A stretch of 64,000 bases of DNA from a bacterium (lineage in GTDB: Bacteria; Electryoneota; Electryoneia; Electryoneales; Electryoneaceae). The first letter of the stretch is position 1, and the number at the start of each line of letters is the position of its first letter. The translations under genes were made by a program, and so were the position numbers. The stretch lies in contig CAXXKJ010000002.1 in the NCBI GenBank assembly GCA_963675295.2, positions 3,296,001 to 3,360,000 on the forward strand, written 5' to 3'. Below, one piece after another: positions 1 through 10,269 of the stretch. Below the pieces are notes generated by a model that made no database searches, had not been told where the DNA came from, and saw nothing but the letters and a program-made list of their open reading frames with translations.

Positions 1-508
<508 letters not shown>

Positions 509-525
509 CAAGGTGGAGGCGTATT

Positions 526-906
526 ATGGCCAGCATCCCGCAAGACCTGAAGTACACCGAAGAACACGAGTGGGTGCGCGTCGAGGGGGACACCGCAACG
601 ATAGGCGTGACCGACTTCGCACAAGGTGAACTCGGGGATGTGGTATTCCTGGAATTGCCGGAAACCGGCGATGAGTTCAAGCAGGGCGACAGTTTTGGTT
701 CGATCGAGGCGGTGAAGACGGTTGCCGACCTCTATTCCCCGGTCAGTGGCACGGTTGTCGAGATCAACGAAACGCTGGAAGATGCGCCGGAGACGGTGAA
801 CGACTCACCGTACGAGGACGGCTGGCTGATCAAACTGAAGCTGTCCGATCCGGGCGAGTTGGATGCGTTGATGGACGCAGAGGCCTACGCACAGCATATT
901 GAGTAG
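526..906 (+). CDS. gcvH: Glycine cleavage system H protein
   Basis: [22 protein letters not shown], lipoyl-lysine motif [16 protein letters not shown]; GGAGG precedes ATG 526. Confidence 0.95.
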   Translation: MASIPQDLKYTEEHEWVRVEGDTATIGVTDFAQGELGDVVFLELPETGDEFKQGDSFGSIEAVKTVADLYSPVSGTVVEINETLEDAPETVNDSPYEDGWLIKLKLSDPGELDALMDAEAYAQHIE

Positions 907-915
907 GAGTACCCC

Positions 916-2262
916 ATGGCCTATGTGCCGCACACCCCGGACCACGTTGCCGAGATGCTGGACGCCATCGGGGTGAAGAAGTTTGAAGATCTGATCCACG
1001 CGATTCCAGATGGCATCCGTCTCGACAACGGCCTTCCCATGCCGAAGGGACTGTCCGAACTGGAAGTCGGCCGGAAACTGCAGCAGATTGGCGCGAAGAA
1101 CGCCACAGCGGTGAACTCGCTGAACTTCCTCGGTGGTGGCAGTTACGATCACTTCATCCCGGCCGGAGTCGGCGCGATTACCTCGCGCAGCGAATTCTAC
1201 ACCGCCTACACTCCGTACCAGCCGGAAGTCGCCCAGGGCACGCTGCAGGCGATTTACGAGTACCAGTCGGTGATCTGCGACATCACCGGGATGGATGTCT
1301 CCAACGCCAGCGTTTACGACGGCCCGACGGCAGTCACCGAAGCGATGCTGCTCGCGTTACGTGCAGCGAAGAAACGCACACAGGTGGTGGTGTCGGACGG
1401 TCTCCATCCGCACGCGATGAAGATCATGCGTACCTACGCCGAAATTGGTGGGTATGAGCTGCACACGGTTCCGCTTGGTGATGATGGCCGCACCAACATG
1501 GAACTGCTTAAGCACACGCTCGGCGACAATTCCGCCGTGGTCATCTTCCAGCAGCCGAACTTCTTCGGCGTGCTCGAGGATGCGAAGGGCATCGTCGACC
1601 TGGGCCACAAGGCAGGTGCGTTGGCGGTCAGCAGCGTCTACCCGGTCAGCCTGGGTCTGGTGCAGCCTCCGGGCGAATATGACGCCGACATCACGGTCGG
1701 AGAAGGCCAGAGCCTCGGCAACGCGATGGGCTTCGGCGGACCGTACCTCGGTATTCTGGCGGCGAAGAAGGAACTGATCCGTCAGCTGCCCGGCCGGATC
1801 GCGGGCCAGACGGTCGACAAGGACGGTCTCCGCGGCTATGTGCTCACGCTGCAAACCCGTGAACAGCATATCCGGCGTGGCAAGGCGACCTCAAACATCT
1901 GCACCAACCAGGGCCTGAACGCGCTCGCGGCGCTGGTGCACCTCGCACTACTCGGCAAGCAGGGCTTCAAGGATGTCGCGCAGCTGAGCTACGACAAGGC
2001 GCACTACCTGCACGATCAGTTGCTGGAAAAAACACGCTTCGGCATGGCATACGACATGCCGTTCTTCAACGAGTTCGTGCTGACGACACCGATTCCGGCG
2101 GTTGAAGTGGTCGACCGCATGCTCGAGCAGAACATCCTGGCGGGGATCCGTCTCGATCGCTTCTACCCGGACCGTGAAAACCAACTCCTGGTCGCGGTGA
2201 CGGAGAAGCGCACGAAAGACGAGATGGACCGCTTCGTCGAAGCGATGGCGGAGATTGGGTAG
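916..2262 (+). CDS. gcvPA: Glycine dehydrogenase (decarboxylating) subunit 1
   Basis: EFYTAYTPYQPEVAQG and LQTREQHIRRGKATSNICTNQ motifs; 448 aa. Confidence 0.95.
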   Translation: MAYVPHTPDHVAEMLDAIGVKKFEDLIHAIPDGIRLDNGLPMPKGLSELEVGRKLQQIGAKNATAVNSLNFLGGGSYDHFIPAGVGAITSRSEFYTAYTPYQPEVAQGTLQAIYEYQSVICDITGMDVSNASVYDGPTAVTEAMLLALRAAKKRTQVVVSDGLHPHAMKIMRTYAEIGGYELHTVPLGDDGRTNMELLKHTLGDNSAVVIFQQPNFFGVLEDAKGIVDLGHKAGALAVSSVYPVSLGLVQPPGEYDADITVGEGQSLGNAMGFGGPYLGILAAKKELIRQLPGRIAGQTVDKDGLRGYVLTLQTREQHIRRGKATSNICTNQGLNALAALVHLALLGKQGFKDVAQLSYDKAHYLHDQLLEKTRFGMAYDMPFFNEFVLTTPIPAVEVVDRMLEQNILAGIRLDRFYPDRENQLLVAVTEKRTKDEMDRFVEAMAEIG

Positions 2263-2292
2263 CACCTGGCAACACAACATTGATGATACCTG

Positions 2293-2323
2293 AGCGGCTT
2301 CGTTGATTCTCAACGAAGCCGCT
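2293..2323. terminator. Hairpin after gcvPA, probable terminator
   Basis: Perfect 14-bp stem AGCGGCTTCGTTGA-ttc-TCAACGAAGCCGCT; weak U tail. Confidence 0.55.
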
Positions 2324-2452
2324 TCTCATTGTCCCAGTTGATCGGTCACAATGGACCTCTCCCCTTTTACTCACGCCATTTCCGCGCTACTTTGTGATGG
2401 AGCGAAGCGGGCAGTACCGTCCGCCCGGACGGAAACGGAAGGAGGGGAATCC

Positions 2453-3220
2453 ATGCCACCTATCGGACTTATTGTCGCAGTTGTTATCGGCCTGTTGATT
2501 TTAGTCAGCGCGATCAAGGTGGTGCGTGAGTATGACCGTCTGGTCGTGTTCCGTCTTGGACGTCTGGTTGGTGAGAAAGGGCCGGGGATCGTGTTCATCA
2601 TCCCGGTCATCGACTCGGTGATGCGCATTTCGACACGAATCCAGGTGTTCGACGTGCAGCCGCAGGACCTGTTGACGAAGGACAACGTCAGCGTGCAGGT
2701 CAACGCGGTGGTGTATTTCCGCGTGGTCGATCCGGCACGCGCGGTGGTCAGCGCGGAGAATTTCTACCAGGCGACGGTTCAGATCGCGCAGACCACACTC
2801 CGTGCCACGGTCGGTGAGATCTCGTTGCAGGTGCTGTTGGATGACCTCGCAACGGTGAACGCTCGTTTGCAGGAGATCATTGACGAGCACACGGACGCGT
2901 GGGGCGTGAAGGTTTCGACGGTGGAGATCAAGCACGTCGACCTGCCGATGGACATGAAGCGTGTGATGGCGGCGGAAGCCGAGGCGGATCGTACTCGTCG
3001 TGCGAAGATTGTTGCCGCAGACGGCGAATTCCAGGCGGCGAAACGGCTGACCGAAGCCGGCGCGTTGATGGCGACCGAACCGATCTCGGTGACGTTGCGT
3101 TACTTGCAGACACTGGTCGAAGTCGCGGCGGAGAATAATTCGACGACGTTATTCCCGGTGCCGATCGACCTGCTCGAGTCGTTCAAGAAGTATGCCGGAC
3201 CGGAGAAGCCGTCCGAATAA
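2453..3220 (+). CDS. SPFH/band 7 (stomatin/slipin-like) membrane protein
   Basis: N-terminal TM helix, then VVFRLGRL..KGPG, LTKDNVSVQVNAVVYFRV, AEAEADR and LRYLQTL; GGAGG upstream of ATG 2453. Confidence 0.9.
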   Translation: MPPIGLIVAVVIGLLILVSAIKVVREYDRLVVFRLGRLVGEKGPGIVFIIPVIDSVMRISTRIQVFDVQPQDLLTKDNVSVQVNAVVYFRVVDPARAVVSAENFYQATVQIAQTTLRATVGEISLQVLLDDLATVNARLQEIIDEHTDAWGVKVSTVEIKHVDLPMDMKRVMAAEAEADRTRRAKIVAADGEFQAAKRLTEAGALMATEPISVTLRYLQTLVEVAAENNSTTLFPVPIDLLESFKKYAGPEKPSE

Positions 3221-3247
3221 CATTCAGACTTGCACTGGATCCACATC

Positions 3248-3277
3248 ACCTGCCGGAGCTGTCTCCGGCAGGTTTTT
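3248..3277 (+). terminator. Intrinsic terminator
   Basis: ACCTGCCGGAG-ctgt-CTCCGGCAGGT followed by a T run. Confidence 0.7.
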
Positions 3278-3391
3278 CTCTCTGAAATAATTCTACCATC
3301 GATTAATCCGTCATCGCCATGTTTCGGAATGAAACTTGCTAGCTTCTCAATCAGTATCATTTTAACACAAACCCAGAGACAGGGCGTTTCG

Positions 3392-5089
3392 ATGAAAATC
3401 ATCTTCAAGGCTGGTTTGTTCATGTTGCTTTTGGCGTGGGTCACCAACACCCACGCACAGGTCACCTTTACGATCAATCCGACCAATTTGACCTTTGGCG
3501 AAGTGCAGGTCAATGGGACGGTTGCCATCCCGCTAACGCTGACAAATCTTGGTGTGGAAGCTATCGAGGTCACCGGTGAAATCAGTGGAGCTCCAGATTT
3601 CACATTTGATGGCGAATCGGACGTCAGCCTGGTGATTGAACCGGGCATGAGTGATTCGAGTGTGTTCGTGTCTTTCACCCCGGTTCAACCTGGAAGCGTC
3701 ATGGCATCGGTAGATTTCACAATGCCCGGTGCCAATCCATCTTCGCTGACCTTACAGGCGACAGGATTCGGCGTTGAGACAATTGCAAACGACGCACTGA
3801 TTTCGTACCCGGATGCAGTGTCGTTCGGAACACTGCAGGTAGGAGGCCAGGAGGACGAATACCTCTTTCTTGTCAACACCACGGACAGCACTCTTTCCCT
3901 TGACCTGTCGACACTGGGTGCGGGATTCACTCTACTTTCTCCTGGTCAGGTTGACTTGCCGCCTGAGAACCAGGCCGGCGAAGAAGGCAATGTCACTGTT
4001 CTTTTCAATCCTCAATCGCCGGGGTCGTTTACCGGCTTCCTGGTTGTTGAGATGCCAGGAACTGGCTACGAGCCGTTGCGTGTTCCTTTAAGCGGGTTTG
4101 CACAGGATGGAACCAACGGGCCCGTGCTACAGCTCAGCGCTGAAGTAATCGATTTCGGTCCCGTAGAAGTTGGTGAAGCCGAAACCGTTCCGGTATACCT
4201 GATGAATCCGGGGACAGAGGATGTGCTGGTAAGTATTTCATCGGAGGGACTGGCTCTCCGTGTGGACGGTCCGAGTGTGCTCAGCATTCCGGCTGGATCA
4301 ATGGATTCCAGCAATGTGGTCTATGTCACTGCAGCGCCAACCCTCCCCAATGATTTTGGTGGAGTGGTCTGGTTTGCCAGCAACGATCTGATCGAACCCC
4401 TGCAGTATATCGAAGTGATCGGATACGGCACGATTGACGGTCAGGGTGGTGGAGTCGATCTCTTCTCGCTGCTCACCCCGGCAAACGAGGACACTGTCCG
4501 CAGCCTGCCGTTGGACTTCTCCTGGGAAGCGTATCCGATCAACCAGGACGAAACCGTGGAGTACGACCTGATCCTGAAGGGCGTCGATGAATCGGACTCA
4601 ACCATTGTCGATATCGTTGTGCCTGTTGGTGCGGACACCTCGATCAGTCTGGGCAGCGACGTTCTGGTTGATGGTATCGGGTACACGTGGCATGTGGTCG
4701 CAACCGTTTCAGCTGGCGGGTTCAGTGACTGGGTGCCATCGGACGAGCATTTCACATTTTACCTTGATTGGACGAGTATCAACAACCTCTCCGTTCAACC
4801 AGGAGCGCGGACGGCCCCAACTGTCGAACAGTTTGCTCTCGAATCGGTCTACCCGAACCCGTTTAATTCCAGCACCACGATCCGCTTGAACATTCCGCTT
4901 GGCAACCAGGTGAAGGTAGTCGTTTACGATGTTCTGGGTCGCGAGATCATACGTCTCGCTGATGGCTGGATGGAACCGGGGATTCACACCCTTACCTGGT
5001 CACCGAATGGCAGTGCCGGGGTGTACTTCCTTCGCCTTGAATCAACTGCGGGAAATGCCATCACTCGAAAACTAGTCTATATGAAGTGA
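3392..5089 (+). CDS. Secreted protein with three Ig-like (ASH/choice-of-anchor D-like) domains and a C-terminal T9SS/FlgD-type sorting domain
   Basis: Signal peptide MKIIFKAGLFMLLLAW; repeated (L/V/I)xFGxVxV..LxN..F.P units; C-terminal YPNPFNSSTTI...GVYFLRL...KLVYMK. Confidence 0.75.
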   Translation: MKIIFKAGLFMLLLAWVTNTHAQVTFTINPTNLTFGEVQVNGTVAIPLTLTNLGVEAIEVTGEISGAPDFTFDGESDVSLVIEPGMSDSSVFVSFTPVQPGSVMASVDFTMPGANPSSLTLQATGFGVETIANDALISYPDAVSFGTLQVGGQEDEYLFLVNTTDSTLSLDLSTLGAGFTLLSPGQVDLPPENQAGEEGNVTVLFNPQSPGSFTGFLVVEMPGTGYEPLRVPLSGFAQDGTNGPVLQLSAEVIDFGPVEVGEAETVPVYLMNPGTEDVLVSISSEGLALRVDGPSVLSIPAGSMDSSNVVYVTAAPTLPNDFGGVVWFASNDLIEPLQYIEVIGYGTIDGQGGGVDLFSLLTPANEDTVRSLPLDFSWEAYPINQDETVEYDLILKGVDESDSTIVDIVVPVGADTSISLGSDVLVDGIGYTWHVVATVSAGGFSDWVPSDEHFTFYLDWTSINNLSVQPGARTAPTVEQFALESVYPNPFNSSTTIRLNIPLGNQVKVVVYDVLGREIIRLADGWMEPGIHTLTWSPNGSAGVYFLRLESTAGNAITRKLVYMK

Positions 5090-5116
5090 TTCTCATCTAC
5101 GATCTTGATGATTTTT

Positions 5117-5147
5117 AAACGGTCTCGTAGAAAGCGGGACCGTTTTT
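5117..5147. terminator. Probable bidirectional terminator between convergent genes
   Basis: AAACGGTCTCG...CGGGACCGTTT stem flanked by A/T runs. Confidence 0.6.
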
Positions 5148-5149
5148 GT

Positions 5150-7909
5150 TTATCTCACCAGCATCACCTTGCGCACGGCCACATCGCCATGGTCTGTGCT
5201 TGCGCGGACGAAATACAGTCCCGACGCCAACCGGCTGCCGTCCACCAGCACCCGGTAGGTGCCCGCGCGTTGATCACCGTGCAGCAGCCGGTCGACACGC
5301 TGCCCGAGGATGTTGAACAGGTCCACCTCGACCCTGCCGGAACGCGGCAGGTCGAGCGTCAACACGCAGCTCGGGTTGAACGGGTTCGGCACCGCCGGGT
5401 GCAGCGCGAAGGATTGTGGCAGGGTGGTGCCGCCCTCCTCCTTCACCGCCAAATCAACCGCCTTCTCGAAGGTGAGGCTGTCCTCGCCATAGACCGTGTT
5501 TTCGTCCTCACGAACCTGCACGGTTATCGTGTATTCTCCAGCCGGAGCGGATGCAGGCAGAGTCAACGGCTGGCCATCCAGGAAAAGTTCATCTAGCGGA
5601 TCGAACGACTGCGTGAACCAGTCTTCGTCCATCGAATAGTTATCCGGGCCGGTAACGATCCTCCGAAAACTGAACTCCAGCGGCACGGACACATTCGACA
5701 TCGTGTACAGGTTGAACAGGTAGTCTCCTCCCTGTCCGGGCACAATCGTTCCCGGCGCCGGGGAGGTCAGGGTGACGGTTGCAATGGGTTGGGTTTGCGT
5801 AAACTGGTTGTAGGCGACCGAAAGCTTGTCATGGCCCGAAGATACGATATCCGGCAGCATATCCCCGTTCATATCAAGGACATAGAACCTGTTCAATTCA
5901 ATATTGGCAATCGGCAGTACGATGTCCCGGACATATGTCCCGCCCTGGTTCAGCCAATAGAAGGTGCGTCCCATACTATTCGAGACGATATCTGACAATC
6001 CATCCATGTTCAGGTCTGCTACCTGTGACAACTGGACGAGGCTGCCCGGAAACTGGTATTCCTGCGTATATGTACCGCTTCCATCATTCCGCCACACGTA
6101 AAAACCACTGTAATCCTCATACGTGAAATCTTCGTCACCGTCATGATCGAAGTCCGTGACTAGGCATTCGGAGAACAGATCCCCTTCGTACATGTCTACC
6201 AGTTGCCATTCTAGAGTTCCGGTACATTCAAAAAGCAGGAGTGGGTGGACGATACCTCCGGCACTGGAAACGATGAGATCAGGATCGCCGTCCTGATCCC
6301 AGTCTGTCGGGTAGACGAGGTTAAAAGGACCCGTTTCCGGCAGATTCAGTTCGTGGTAAATGTAGGTTGTCCCGTTCTGCTGGTTCTCATACCAAGCGAT
6401 TGGACCATTACTTAGCAGGATGTCGGTCAGTCCGTCTTGATTCATGTCCAACGTTTTGACGAAGTAGCAGGATTGGGCATCTTCGCTGAGCTGAAATGCC
6501 TCAAACTCCACAGTACCATTTTGGTCATACAGGTTGCGATAGATGGTGAGCGGCTGAAAGCTGCCTGTATCAATGATCACGTCCTGATCAGCGTCATCAT
6601 CGATATCGGCGATGTAGATCTCGTCAATAGCTGGTGTCGATGCATTGATGGAATGCCATTCCATCGTATTGTCCTGAAAGGCAACCCAGTTCAGCTGTCC
6701 CGACGAGTAGACCACCAGTTCCGGCTGATCATCGCTGTCCAGATCTCCGGCGGCAAACCTGTTAAAAACATCGCAGAGTACAGCGAAGTCATCAAAGTTG
6801 TCGTTCCGCCGCTGTTCGAAGACACGTTTGTAACCGGTGAACAGATCGAGCAGGCCATCGTCGTTGAGATCCACGATCCTGACGTCAAGTGAACCGTACG
6901 AATAAACGAGACGCTGGTTATAGTTGAAATCGCCGAGGTTTTTCGCCCAGAACACGCGTGTCGGAGTGCCGCTGGCAAGGTCGATGTCGCCATCATCGTC
7001 CAGATCCGCGGCGGCAAACCCGTAGATTTCGTCGAACACTTGGCCCAGGAACTGACTATTGAAACTGAACGGATCGCCGCCGGTTTGCTGCGTGAACAGT
7101 GTCACCTCACCGTTCTGCTGCGGAACGAAGATGTCTTGCAGCCCGTCAGCATTTGCATCAGCAATCGCAAGTCGAATCCATTCGCAATCGTTGCTCACGG
7201 TTGTCGATTGAAACCCGTCCTGTTCGTAGAGCACACGCAGATTCGATCCTTCGACAAACACCGCTTCCTCGCGACCATCTCCGTTCAGATCAACCATTTC
7301 GAGGCTGCGCAACGGCTCATCACCCTCGTAGATGACGGTATCGAGCAATGAACCGCCCCCCTGGTTCAGCAACAGGCGCAGGGAGGTGGTAGTGGTTGAC
7401 CCGGCGAGGATGTCGAGGTCGCCGTCTCCGTCGATATCGCCGGCGTCCAGCTGATTGGCCCCATCGACATCCGAGGCAAGGAACTGTTCGTAGAACTCGC
7501 CGTTACGCAGGTTGAGGAACACTTTGACAGCACCAAAGTCACGGAATGCAGCCAGCACGTCATCCCAACCGTCTCCGTTGAGGTCAACGACTCGCACACA
7601 GGCCGGATACGCATCGGCGTTAACGAACAGTTCATGCCCCTCGAACTGCATGTTGCCGAGGTTTTCTTTCCAGATGATCCGGTCCGGCGTGTACGGGAAG
7701 CTGTAGTTGTTGTGCGCGACGACGATGTCAAGGTCGCCGTCATGGTCGAGATCGCCGAAATCGGCCGAGGTGAGGTTGCTGTAGTCGAAGGAGATTGGGT
7801 TCAAAAACCGGATCGTATTTCCGAAAACTGAGGAAGACACAAGAAGTCCGGCGGTCAGAAGCAGCACTGCCATCAACCGGGTGAAGGTCTGGGAGGGTGT
7901 GATGATCAT
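5150..7909 (-). CDS. Secreted FG-GAP/VCBS-repeat beta-propeller protein with C-terminal T9SS/FlgD-type sorting domain
   Basis: Many DxDxDGDxD Ca-binding repeats; C-terminal PNPFNPS...SGLYFVR...KVMLVR. Start moved to 7909, where a signal peptide begins (start uncertain). Confidence 0.8.
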   Translation of the reverse strand: MIITPSQTFTRLMAVLLLTAGLLVSSSVFGNTIRFLNPISFDYSNLTSADFGDLDHDGDLDIVVAHNNYSFPYTPDRIIWKENLGNMQFEGHELFVNADAYPACVRVVDLNGDGWDDVLAAFRDFGAVKVFLNLRNGEFYEQFLASDVDGANQLDAGDIDGDGDLDILAGSTTTTSLRLLLNQGGGSLLDTVIYEGDEPLRSLEMVDLNGDGREEAVFVEGSNLRVLYEQDGFQSTTVSNDCEWIRLAIADANADGLQDIFVPQQNGEVTLFTQQTGGDPFSFNSQFLGQVFDEIYGFAAADLDDDGDIDLASGTPTRVFWAKNLGDFNYNQRLVYSYGSLDVRIVDLNDDGLLDLFTGYKRVFEQRRNDNFDDFAVLCDVFNRFAAGDLDSDDQPELVVYSSGQLNWVAFQDNTMEWHSINASTPAIDEIYIADIDDDADQDVIIDTGSFQPLTIYRNLYDQNGTVEFEAFQLSEDAQSCYFVKTLDMNQDGLTDILLSNGPIAWYENQQNGTTYIYHELNLPETGPFNLVYPTDWDQDGDPDLIVSSAGGIVHPLLLFECTGTLEWQLVDMYEGDLFSECLVTDFDHDGDEDFTYEDYSGFYVWRNDGSGTYTQEYQFPGSLVQLSQVADLNMDGLSDIVSNSMGRTFYWLNQGGTYVRDIVLPIANIELNRFYVLDMNGDMLPDIVSSGHDKLSVAYNQFTQTQPIATVTLTSPAPGTIVPGQGGDYLFNLYTMSNVSVPLEFSFRRIVTGPDNYSMDEDWFTQSFDPLDELFLDGQPLTLPASAPAGEYTITVQVREDENTVYGEDSLTFEKAVDLAVKEEGGTTLPQSFALHPAVPNPFNPSCVLTLDLPRSGRVEVDLFNILGQRVDRLLHGDQRAGTYRVLVDGSRLASGLYFVRASTDHGDVAVRKVMLVR

Positions 7910-8075
7910 TGGATTGCTCACAATTAGTTGGCGGTGTCTGTCGAGCATTGGATGAGATAAGATAGCATGAAACTGGACTGGAAACCTGATACGGACGCTA
8001 TGGCCATCCACGACATGAATGTCGTGGGCATGGTCCAGGTATCCATCATCTTCAAACTGAGTGCCGCAATTCCGA

Positions 8076-8124
8076 AGCCCGCAGTCCATTGACCGCTGAC
8101 CGTTGACCGCTGACCGCAGCCCGC
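8076..8124. repeat. Degenerate heptamer tandem repeat, 7 units
   Basis: AGCCCGC AGTCCAT TGACCGC TGACCGT TGACCGC TGACCGC AGCCCGC. Confidence 0.7.
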
Positions 8125-8194
8125 GGCCTGTTAACGTCCTTCTCAACAGTTGGCGAGAGGTGTGCTGGTGTATTAGCTTCTCCCGCAAGGATGG

Positions 8195-8779
8195 ATGAGG
8201 AAACCGAGGCCGATGCAACTGCTGGCGCAACTACTTCTCACCTTGTTTCTGAAGCGTAGCACGGGCACTCCGAAAAACAGCGATCTGAGCCGCTCTCCCC
8301 TGCTGCGGATGCGTTACCCGATCCGGACGACGCACCTGTTGCCGGGCCGTGTGCGGTTTCACGTGCCCGTTTTGGTCGGACGCAGGGACGACGCTGCGCG
8401 GATTGATGGCGCGATGCGGCGGATTCAAGGGGTACACGGTGTCGAGATCAATCCGGTCAGCGGCAGTGTGCTGATCGAGTTTGATCCGGAACGGCTGGAA
8501 GCGGAGATTCTGTTTGCCGCGTTGATTCGTCTCCTCGGTCTCGAGAAGGAGTTGAAGAAGACGCCGGTGTCGCTGGTCCGCAAGGAAGGTTGGGTCGCGT
8601 TGCAGTCGTTGAACCGTGCGGTGTACGACATGACCGCCGGAGTCATCGACCTGTATTCGGCGGCAGCGATCCTCGCCGGTGCGGCGGCGGTCAACCGTCT
8701 GGTGCTCAACCACCTGTCCCTGCCCGGCCTTTTGCTGTCGAGCTGGATGGTGCTGAACGCGCGCGGGAAACGCCCCTGA
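8195..8779 (+). CDS. HMA2-like (heavy-metal-associated fold, no CxxC) protein with a hydrophobic C-terminus
   Basis: HLLPGRVRFHVP...GVHGVEINPVSGSVLIEFDP motif; start uncertain. Confidence 0.7.
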   Translation: MRKPRPMQLLAQLLLTLFLKRSTGTPKNSDLSRSPLLRMRYPIRTTHLLPGRVRFHVPVLVGRRDDAARIDGAMRRIQGVHGVEINPVSGSVLIEFDPERLEAEILFAALIRLLGLEKELKKTPVSLVRKEGWVALQSLNRAVYDMTAGVIDLYSAAAILAGAAAVNRLVLNHLSLPGLLLSSWMVLNARGKRP

Positions 8780-8784
8780 TGAGT

Positions 8785-8919
8785 CCGTGTCCGCTTGCGG
8801 ACGCGGATTACACGGTTCAGAGGCCAAACGTATAAGTGCCCGTGTTTGCTTGCAAACGCGGATCAACCGCCGACTGGAAAGACTCGAGCGTCCGCGTCCG
8901 CAAGCGGACACGGGCACTT
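8785..8919. repeat. Cluster of three REP-like palindromic units (two direct, one inverted)
   Basis: 8785-8807 CCGTGTCCGCTTGCGGACGCGGA; 8834-8862 AAGTGCCCGTGTTTGCTTGCAAACGCGGA; 8891-8919 reverse complement of AAGTGCCCGTGTCCGCTTGCGGACGCGGA. Confidence 0.8.
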
Positions 8920-8980
8920 TCTTGACCCGGGCCGACGACTTGTTTGAACCATCACTGCCTTTGAGCAGAAGAGGCATATC

Positions 8981-9265
8981 ATGACCATCAGTAACGATCA
9001 CCTGAGCGGCTTTGTCTTTGGCGTTGGTGCTGCCGCGGCGGCGTACTATTACTACCGCAAGAACCAGCCGCAGGTGGATGAATTCCTGCGCAAGCAGGGG
9101 ATCGAGCTGCCGACCCTGCAGACGCAGCGCGACGTGACGGACTGGTCGATTGAAGATTTGGTTCGAGAGAAGGAACGGTTGGAAGATCTGATCGCCGAGC
9201 GGGAGTTTTCCGGCAATGGATCTGAACCGTCCGGCATGCACACGACGTCGTCCACAACAGACTAG
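8981..9265 (+). CDS. Small protein with an N-terminal GxxxG hydrophobic helix and a C-terminal coiled coil
   Basis: GFVFGVGAAAAAYYYY followed by SIEDLVREKERLEDLIAERE; GAGG RBS. Confidence 0.7.
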   Translation: MTISNDHLSGFVFGVGAAAAAYYYYRKNQPQVDEFLRKQGIELPTLQTQRDVTDWSIEDLVREKERLEDLIAEREFSGNGSEPSGMHTTSSTTD

Positions 9266-9321
9266 CCAATCTGGCGATTGCCCCGTTTCCCCTGTCCCAC
9301 ACGGATTCGCGCAGGTGAATC

Positions 9322-10269
9322 GTGACCGAGAACTACGAAAGCAACAATCGGATCGTCCGGCGGGTCAGCGTCGTTGGTGGAGTGGTTAACCTGTCGTTAG
9401 CCATTGCCAAGGCAATCGGCGGATTTGTGTTCCACAGCCATGCGTTGCTGGCGGACGCTGTCGACTCGACCAGCGACCTGTTCACCGACATTGTGACCAT
9501 CACCGCTGTACGTTTCAGCCGCCGTCCGGTGGATCACAATCACCCATACGGTCACGGCCGCTTCGAATCCCTCGCCTCGCTGATCATCGCGACCGTCCTC
9601 TTTATTGCGGCGGGCTTGCTGGTTCATAACTCGCTGCACACACTGTTTGGCGGCAGGACAACTCCCGTCGGCTGGCCGGCGGCGGTGATCGCAGCGGTCT
9701 CGGTGGTAACCAAGGAAATCCTCTTCCGCTGGACGAAAGTCAACGCGAGGAAAACCCACTCGCCTGCATTGCTTTCGAACGCCTACCATCACCGCAGCGA
9801 CGCCTTCTCATCAATCACCGTGGTCATCGGTGTGACCGGCTCGGTATTGATCGAGAGCGCGTGGTGGCTGGACTCGGTGGCCTCGCTGGCAGTCAGCGGC
9901 TTCATTGTCGCGATGGGCGTGCGTATCGGCTTAAGCGCGATTCATGAGCTGACCGACATGGAACAGAACCCCGAGCTGGTCGGTGAGCTGGAGACGTTGG
10001 CAGAAACGGTACCGGAAGTGGTCAACGCACATCGCATCCGCACCCGACGGTACGGGTCACTGGTGTACGTCGATCTCGACATCGAGCTTCCACCGGCAAT
10101 GACGATTGAACAGGGCCACAGTGTCGCGCACACGGTCAAGGATTTGATTCTCGCGAAGTACGATTACGTCGCGGACGCACTGATCCACATCGAGCCGGAA
10201 GGCTCACGGCATGAGGGCGAGGGCGTGGTCCGTGGCGCACCCGAAGAAGGAGTTCCCAATGGCGGCTGA
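9322..10269 (+). CDS. Cation diffusion facilitator (FieF-like) transporter
   Basis: ALLADAVDS, HPYGHGRFE, HHRSDA motifs and C-terminal LIHIEP; several TM helices. Confidence 0.92.
   Translation: MTENYESNNRIVRRVSVVGGVVNLSLAIAKAIGGFVFHSHALLADAVDSTSDLFTDIVTITAVRFSRRPVDHNHPYGHGRFESLASLIIATVLFIAAGLLVHNSLHTLFGGRTTPVGWPAAVIAAVSVVTKEILFRWTKVNARKTHSPALLSNAYHHRSDAFSSITVVIGVTGSVLIESAWWLDSVASLAVSGFIVAMGVRIGLSAIHELTDMEQNPELVGELETLAETVPEVVNAHRIRTRRYGSLVYVDLDIELPPAMTIEQGHSVAHTVKDLILAKYDYVADALIHIEPEGSRHEGEGVVRGAPEEGVPNGG

Noticed and set aside
7910-8230. N-terminal 107 aa of the 1026-aa ORF (likewise the 3230-3391 extension of the 619-aa ORF)
   Set aside because: Precede the signal peptide and overlap repeat or terminator sequence; likely non-coding
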